Shown: piece after piece, positions 62,370 through 64,000 of the stretch
Position numbering within the stretch: position 1 is the first letter of the stretch
Layout: each line of letters begins with the position of its first letter
From: Epiperipatus broadwayi
Lineage: Eukaryota; Animalia; Onychophora
Reading direction: 5' to 3'
NCBI GenBank assembly: GCA_028023455.1
Contig: JAQFVV010000005.1
Coordinates: forward strand, 7,626,001-7,690,000
DNA: 64,000 nucleotides
The notes under the pieces: generated by a model
What the model was told of the DNA's origin: nothing
Databases searched by the model: none
Seen by the model: only the letters and a program-made list of their open reading frames with translations
Program-made: the position numbers and the translations under genes

Positions 62370-63632
62370 TTATGTAAATTGTATGAGGATCTCAACAACA
62401 TCAAGATCAGTGAAATGACTTGTTTCATGTGCTACTATAATACATTTCTCTGCATCCTTAAAGTCACAGAAATGGCACTTGAACACTTCAGCACTTCCTT
62501 CTTTATTTCCATCAAACTTTTGATAAAATTTCATTTGAGAACATTTTTCATAATTTATCAAAATATTTTGAGTAGTCACTTCGTCATCACATAAGCTATA
62601 ATGCAAAAACAATTTTCCTGTATCTGTTCTCTCTTGTGTTTTTAACTTGTATTTATCAATTGCCTTAAAATCATATAAACTATATTTTACTTGGTTTTTT
62701 AACTGTGCTTCATCAACTGAACTAAAATCACACAAACTACAATGGAAAGATTTAGCTCCATTATGCATTTTTTCATGTAATTTTAACCTTTGCTTATTAG
62801 CAGTTTTGTAACCACATAAACTACAGAGGAATGGTTTTTCTTTTGTATGTATTCTCTCATGTAGTTTTAATTTATGTTTATCTGCACACTTGTAGTCACA
62901 GATATTGCAGTGAAAAGGTTTTTCTTGTGTATGTATTCTTTCGTGTAATTTTAACCTGTGGTTATCTGCAGACTTGTAGTCACAGATCTTGCAATGAAAT
63001 GGTTTATCTCCTGTATGATTGCTTTCATGCACTTTCAAACTCTTTTTGAAAGCAGTTTTAAAATCACAGAAAAGGCAGTGAAAAGGTTTTTCTTCAATAT
63101 GTGTTTTCAAATGTCTTTCTAAATTGGTTTTGACAGCAGTCCTATAAGCACATAAGAGGCACTGGAAAGGCTTACTTCCAGTATGTTTTCTTTCATGCCT
63201 TCTTAAACTATTCTTTAAAGCAGTCTTATAATCACACCAGCTGCAATGAAAAGATTTTTCTCCTGTATGTATTGTTTCGTGAACTCTCAACCTTTGTTTT
63301 TCAGCAGCCTTGTAATCACATGAATTACAATGGAATGGTTTTTCTCCTGTATGGGTTCTTTCATGTCTTCTTAAACTACCTTTTACAGTACATTTATATT
63401 CACATAAGCTGCAATGAAAAGGTTTTTCTCCCGTATGGGTTCTTTCGTGAACTTTTAAACTTCCTTTAATAGCAGACTTATAATTACATGACTTGCAGTC
63501 GAATGGTTTTTCACCACTGTGAAATATTTCATGTACTTTTAAATTCTGTTTGTTAGCAGTCTTATAATCACATAAACTGCAGTGAAATGATTTTTCCATC
63601 ATATATGCTCTTTTGTTTATTTCATTATTCAT
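62370..63632 (-). CDS. C2H2 zinc-finger array protein ZF2 (10 tandem fingers, several degenerate fingers, one C-terminal finger)
   Basis: 420-aa ATG-initiated ORF with TGEKP-type linkers. Decayed fingers with a stop and a frameshift lie upstream (63640-63820), so the original gene was longer. Confidence 0.87.
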   Translation of the reverse strand: MNNEINKRAYMMEKSFHCSLCDYKTANKQNLKVHEIFHSGEKPFDCKSCNYKSAIKGSLKVHERTHTGEKPFHCSLCEYKCTVKGSLRRHERTHTGEKPFHCNSCDYKAAEKQRLRVHETIHTGEKSFHCSWCDYKTALKNSLRRHERKHTGSKPFQCLLCAYRTAVKTNLERHLKTHIEEKPFHCLFCDFKTAFKKSLKVHESNHTGDKPFHCKICDYKSADNHRLKLHERIHTQEKPFHCNICDYKCADKHKLKLHERIHTKEKPFLCSLCGYKTANKQRLKLHEKMHNGAKSFHCSLCDFSSVDEAQLKNQVKYSLYDFKAIDKYKLKTQERTDTGKLFLHYSLCDDEVTTQNILINYEKCSQMKFYQKFDGNKEGSAEVFKCHFCDFKDAEKCIIVAHETSHFTDLDVVEILIQFT

Positions 63633-64000
63633 GGCTGCTGAATGAATTCTTGTTTTAAAATAGTTTAATAGATTTTAATTGCACAAACTGCAATGGAAAG
63701 GTTTATATTCTAAAAGTTTTCTTTCATAAATTTTTAATAACCTTTTATCTTCAATAGTATCACATAAAAGGCAGGGAAGAGTTTTTTCTTTTTATGCATG
63801 CGTTCATTCATATAATAAAAATTTATTTATCAACTGTTTTGAATCATAAAAATTGAATTGTGAAGTTGTTTTTTTAACATAAATTCTTTTACATAATCTC
63901 ATATCATTTGTATAGATCTATAAATTGAAAATGTCCTTTGTTGAAGTCTCCATTCAAAAAAAAAAAAAGCCATTTGTGGACCAACAAATTTATTAATATG

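Overview
Very AT-rich (roughly a quarter GC by eye) nuclear DNA from an invertebrate animal, probably an arthropod. The species cannot be determined from the sequence. There is no prokaryotic signal, rRNA, CRISPR array or clear functional tRNA. The window is a decaying, TE-invaded gene cluster with all host genes on the minus strand. (1) Two full-length and up to three partial, apparently intronless Mab-21/cGAS-like (cGLR) nucleotidyltransferase pseudogenes. Both full-length copies carry a ~900-codon coding insertion inside the NTase core. (2) Two C2H2 zinc-finger array ORFs plus a third decayed paralog, all ending in the same isolated-finger module; the two intact ORFs add a DLDxxEIL tail, which is diverged in the third. 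(3) Three solo LTRs of 1.5-2.1 kb with TG..CA-type ends and 4-bp TSDs. They contain a TATA box and a distant poly(A) signal; two also have an ATG exon with a splice donor, and the related pair shares RNA-like hairpins. A fourth LTR candidate is weaker. (4) A repeat family carrying a minimal type I hammerhead-like ribozyme, with a ~400-bp tandem array at 45.6-46.8 kb resembling non-LTR retrozymes or Penelope pseudo-LTRs. (5) Fragments of L1-like, CR1/L2-like and RTE LINEs, a hAT transposase remnant with a hairpin insertion, and a tRNA-Gly-like SINE. All calls come from reading the sequence by eye; no searches were run.
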